A stretch of DNA of 64,000 bases from a virus, in IMG/VR virus record IMGVR_UViG_3300032322_002033, positions 30,075 through 94,074 of that record; one strand, 5' to 3'. Shown here one piece after another: positions 62,001 through 64,000 of this stretch; position 1 is the first letter of the stretch, and each line of letters starts with the position of its first letter. The notes beneath the pieces were generated by a model. That model did not search any database, was not told the origin of the DNA, and saw only the letters and a program-made list of their open reading frames with translations. Position numbers and translations under genes: made by a program.

Positions 62001-62125
62001 ACACTTCAGGTAATAATGATATTACTTACTATGACACTTACAAAAAGACAAATCAGAGTTCTGTAACCGAATACGAAAAGGTTATTAAGAATTATTATAA
62101 TTTAGTAAAAAACACTATAAATTAA
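56039..62125 (+). CDS. Very large baseplate hub protein (gp27/VgrG-like)
   Basis: LGIT.I..TLEDVRGR N-terminal module; YTATISCFGNMMIQP..FNGTYLITEVTHEI..FETIF.G.R hub motif. Confidence 0.6.
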   Translation: MANKNIYVDINQDNIFVVDPNRVFNSEGLSEPRYVNQDELVMYVNLECDLVPRSRLVSGADGKSGKLLTVASGSINFLNPNGNKKMTTDWTELVSEQNGDPSIINNELLGITRISYRIKQSFIASCTITLEDVRGRALFESGDNSVYSAFFNFPPPIFYLTLKGYYGKALRVRLWLQSFNAALNSSSGNFEIQLELTSEDFGVLKDIQYGAIMAVPQMYNKRVSQNTQTSPVNQSNQSSEPVTDMVVNGGFEKMKLVYENYKSRNLIPQDFPVMTIQQLINKLDNFVFDTLANQGKQSFTSYTDFENYKKLLQSYIDEVVLDSNSWYNKYMDIKNPFIVTENNVNYKVYTFKPEISDTISPKKELEEILIRYNQKINENSTFGNEGNKKISFSITLRNVEALGFVQTDINDFETLKLRNNGVDPTDEQIAKFQDSTILTFANADQIQANGGYGFYRFTGLNYFFNIIEDVRTQLNAYNKEIEQELSDELDKILESNKGLGFKPTLKNILAVVLAQTEAFLLLLDDVHVKAFNVRDSLVRKNAVTLSNIPQLSDVKPQPDAPVFPWPQFLVSKIVDGNETFQSEYPGDKNYISLTKATNKELWPEVEFVEEFIKGFTKRNLDPQTPQPTTNLDIVNRLLPSGFDTPPSNIVYSNLEVIKFLFEIEERLELISKYQGYTRADYGQIIPYISEAESTSIVNAILSKSIELVNILKGADFTPQTFLDYLKSVSNNGKSSNYINFERGNIVTDYLKDEINNSFRILETDLPKIQVKSTKENTIKTYIESTKHNDLSFTDIYPFIDNNWDKSNLANGTLNYSFKKAFDTRYSLFYNENIRKFANYKDENVTKYTGNVNTNRPFTDFRVLTNKITNPVNLQSFYLNRNGSNMVLTEGDYGSSLTTSMLNTSIFTNAMYDGILNQRDGLEYPYKSAAFLFLNSLPLATLRESFRDFDESEGTETGLIAANFKKFGAINYVPKLWAMKIGSIWNRYKNKIETNNDIIGTKQLLVNEFYDNSQTSIQVTNDMSWVSDTLYRITYEGQLTDIRLFQLNYQGTNALVNLGFYPYLINDIYYFLNGFNIFDPNVTQTPQSVETAINDKINSGEIKLYKSTNASIIKTNFSPPLVTNLYVYTWTVLIKKIDDNTWFTCPSFGTTQNQLSDEITNTEILQHFSLFDGSARFLWGAPNYGSFDGNEFGTKTDEYLKLINTGGTKQIAFDLINSTSIEEIFSVFEKKELDAFESLFLDYCKSSKSTTDDFNFETHIKTLLTSTYNLDGNTDDNNIVEVQNKQLDKFSSQLKKYLNYNILISKANPTGYNEKSFKSLSSNPLPDSSVQIFYATGTANAVPTATNSIDLATSQSNYPESWKALKLFVGFSTIPELQYTDDGSYITDFFETCNIGFVPENIEYYATLIKIFASQKLINNNLTFENFKTLLDDYISSNNTLKNEIFVQTFQNLKSKLPDSSPTEENIDFSPVDAYVTKIELYDTFKALNDKWVGGNNYGAETLLESVLLIDRANRNISDLIIADTKFVKESLQQYGNRYNIHNLIKDFVIHHGFVITYNPTYINYYNQLVPTDNNIDLSESQELFADKLFGTYDVVDYQESKPKIVCVYKNTPSSQLDNNNVNNGYNNDGFDLKNLQTPLIENLTVKETKKDYALSNKVVGFVVDFGLQNQSVFNDISLNQQTGEPTAESLDAQYLLATSSSGIQTATQSVSLMNVFKTRAYTATISCFGNMMIQPTNYFILRNTPLFNGTYLITEVTHEITNGNFETIFNGLRIPVRSLPITNPLLTTIKQNLLTDVRNNYQNSVQTQQPVTTTTTNVVQQKTNTSNNILTTNKIANVQNCTPTFNKYQNYTSITPEENKYTLSAVTDYVKTLTILYNERLLTLVYLMSQTYNNTTSSFVCYNNNLGNISLDVTSGWGGNLADLFENQFICLTNDANNTGSFAVFSTKEKGIQFVYKKFIKKIYTTAVTNNVDSDIFSQQFVKQLILDTSGNNDITYYDTYKKTNQSSVTEYEKVIKNYYNLVKNTIN

Positions 62126-62166
62126 AAATTTGTATTTAATCGTATATTTATAAATAAAAAATTGTT

Positions 62167-62391
62167 ATGAACGCAAAAGACGCATTAGACAAATATCTTG
62201 GAAAAAATACAAGAATAACTGAGACTGACAGAGGTAATGGTTATAAAGAAGTTTGTGATTTAGATACCGGTGAATGTTATACTCTTAGAATGAAAGATGG
62301 TTTGATTGAGAGAGTTAATAATACTATGTATACTAATAGAAAAATTAATGTTGAAACAACACAAGGAATTAAACAATTATTAAACGGATAA
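62167..62391 (+). CDS. Hypothetical protein
   Basis: Preceded by TATTTAT; VCDLDTGEC motif. Confidence 0.6.
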   Translation: MNAKDALDKYLGKNTRITETDRGNGYKEVCDLDTGECYTLRMKDGLIERVNNTMYTNRKINVETTQGIKQLLNG

Positions 62392-62392
62392 C

Positions 62393-63061
62393 ATGAGCAA
62401 AGTTTCAGAAAAAATTCTACAAGAAATTGCAAGATACAAAACTATAAATAATTATATTTTTGAACAAGAAGTACCACCACCTCCCGGTGGTGATGTACCT
62501 CCTCCACCTGAAGGTGATGTGACATTACCATCACCTGACGAGGTAACAACACCCGCACCTGATGCTACGGATGCGGCTCCCACTACCGAACCACAACCAG
62601 TAGATATTGAGGCGGATGCTGAGGTTGAAAAAATTGGACCTGAAGGTGAAGAAGGTAACGAAGAGTTAGAAATTACTGATTTAGTAGATGCTCAAAAAAA
62701 TATTGAAACAAAACAGGATGAGTATTTTAATAATTTATTTAGTCAAATAACTAATTTGGAAAATAAATTGTCTGAGATGGATAAGTTTTTTGATAAACTT
62801 AATAGCATTGAAACTAAAATTGAAAAATACAGAGAAAAGACTCCACAAGAGAAATTAGAATTGAGAAGTATTGACTCAGGACCTTTTAATCAAAAATTAA
62901 CTGATTTTTTCCAAGACAAACAAGAGGATATTGAAAAGTCTGGAAAAAATGAATATGTTTTAACTGCGGACGAGGTTGAAGATTATACACCTTCTGAAAT
63001 TAAAACTACTTTTAACGACTACGAACAAGACACACAAACATTCAAACCGATTAAATTTTAA
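62393..63061 (+). CDS. Acidic Pro-rich coiled-coil protein, possible scaffold/head-core protein
   Basis: EVPPPP/DVPPPP repeats followed by a coiled coil. Confidence 0.5.
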   Translation: MSKVSEKILQEIARYKTINNYIFEQEVPPPPGGDVPPPPEGDVTLPSPDEVTTPAPDATDAAPTTEPQPVDIEADAEVEKIGPEGEEGNEELEITDLVDAQKNIETKQDEYFNNLFSQITNLENKLSEMDKFFDKLNSIETKIEKYREKTPQEKLELRSIDSGPFNQKLTDFFQDKQEDIEKSGKNEYVLTADEVEDYTPSEIKTTFNDYEQDTQTFKPIKF

Positions 63062-63068
63062 TTACGGG

Positions 63069-63100
63069 TTTGACATTTACGGCTGACACACTTACATTTG
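63069..63100 (+). promoter_or_regulatory. Host-polymerase promoter matching both Bacteroidetes and sigma70 consensus
   Basis: TTTG (63069-63072), 20 nt, TACATTTG (63093-63100); also TTGACA-N17-TACATT. Confidence 0.65.
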
Positions 63101-63127
63101 TTTATTAACTATTAATTTATATATAAC

Positions 63128-63970
63128 ATGGCGACAAATTCCTTAGATGCTGTACTCGCTCAGTATGAAAAAGCGAAAGGTGGAACAGGTTCCACAAACA
63201 AAATGTCTCAAGAAGACAGAATGAAAAAGTATTTTGCGGCTATTCTTACGCAAAACGAAACATCAGGTCAAAAAAGACTTCGTATACTACCAACTCCTGA
63301 CGGGTCATCACCCTTCAAAGAAGTTTGGTATCATGAAGTTCAAGTTGAGGGTAAATGGAATAAAATCTATGACCCTGGAAAGAATGACAATGAGCGTTCA
63401 CCTTTGACAGAAATTCACGATGAGTTAATGTCAACAGGAAAAGAATCTGATAAAGAACTTGCAAAGGCTTACAAACCTCGTAAATTCTACATCGTTAAAG
63501 TAATTGACCGTGATAACGAAGCGGACGGAGTTAAATTCTGGCGTTTCAAACACAATTACAAGAACGAAGGTATCTTAGACAAAATCATTCCAATTTGGAA
63601 AGCTAAAGGTGATATTACTAACCCTGTAAATGGTCGTGATTTAATCATCGAATTGGCTAAGGCTAAGACTCCAAAAGGTGCCACTTACACAGTTATTCAG
63701 ACTGTAATGCACGACGACCCATCACCTGTTCACACAGATGCTGAAACTGCTAAGTCTTGGGTAGAAGACCCACTTACTTGGGCAGATGTTTACTCTAAAA
63801 AACCTGTTGAGTATTTGGAGGCAATTGCTCGTGGAGAAACTCCAAGATGGTCATCTGAATTGGGTAAATACGTTTATGGTGATAGTACATCAGATGAAAG
63901 TACTATTGGTGGAGCATCGTATGTTGACCCACAAGCTGGTGACGAACCCGATGGTGATTTACCATTCTAA
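63128..63970 (+). CDS. Single-stranded DNA-binding protein (T4 gp32-like)
   Basis: RLRILP, PF..WYH, GRDL OB-fold pattern; acidic C-terminal tail ending DGDLPF. Confidence 0.8.
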   Translation: MATNSLDAVLAQYEKAKGGTGSTNKMSQEDRMKKYFAAILTQNETSGQKRLRILPTPDGSSPFKEVWYHEVQVEGKWNKIYDPGKNDNERSPLTEIHDELMSTGKESDKELAKAYKPRKFYIVKVIDRDNEADGVKFWRFKHNYKNEGILDKIIPIWKAKGDITNPVNGRDLIIELAKAKTPKGATYTVIQTVMHDDPSPVHTDAETAKSWVEDPLTWADVYSKKPVEYLEAIARGETPRWSSELGKYVYGDSTSDESTIGGASYVDPQAGDEPDGDLPF

Positions 63971-64000
63971 TTTATAAAAGGATGAGTACTAGTATAGACA

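Noticed and set aside
40139-62125. Bacterial eCIS/tailocin locus suggested by two sheaths
   Set aside because: Neck proteins, PolB, gp32-like SSB and helicase with no cellular housekeeping context indicate a phage genome
1-64000. Stop-codon reassignment
   Set aside because: Long intact ORFs in the standard code; TAA, TGA and TAG all end genes at coupled junctions
63971-64000. Possible terminator arm after the SSB gene
   Set aside because: Truncated by the window edge; the second arm cannot be seen
1-64000. tRNA, rRNA or other structured ncRNA genes
   Set aside because: Intergenic spaces are short and AT-rich; no cloverleaf or conserved RNA signature recognised

Overview
Very AT-rich, gene-dense segment of a large myovirus-type (T4-like morphogenesis logic, probably jumbo) bacteriophage genome read in the standard code. 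Shine-Dalgarno motifs are not evident and one promoter fits the Bacteroidetes consensus, which hints at a Bacteroidota host. Left to right: (i) a minus-strand sugar-transfer operon (GT2/GT4-like enzymes, DUF707-like protein, UDP-galactopyranose mutase, dUTPase, PolB-type exonuclease); (ii) a minus-strand operon of hypotheticals with a stand-alone WYL-like protein; (iii) about 21 kb of Ser/Thr/Gly-rich fibre/decoration genes interrupted by a five-gene glycosyltransferase cassette headed by a GT60 (Gnt1-like) protein GlcNAc-transferase; (iv) family B DNA polymerase, neck protein, superoxide dismutase and SNF2 helicase; (v) head-tail joining genes, two tandem tail sheath paralogues, tail tube, a tail chaperone with a likely frameshift, tape measure and baseplate genes, and a gp32-like SSB. 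The strongest candidate for a new system is a phage-encoded, sequon-directed virion O-glycosylation pathway: the motif [S/T]-[G/A]-x-T saturates predicted surface-exposed structural proteins, and I found none in the tail tube, tape measure or polymerase. Other highlights are a sense-strand TATTTAT late-promoter-like motif, [I/L]-x-E leaders on likely capsid-packaged enzymes, and an unannotated RHH regulator. All product calls come from motif recognition and gene order; no database search was run.
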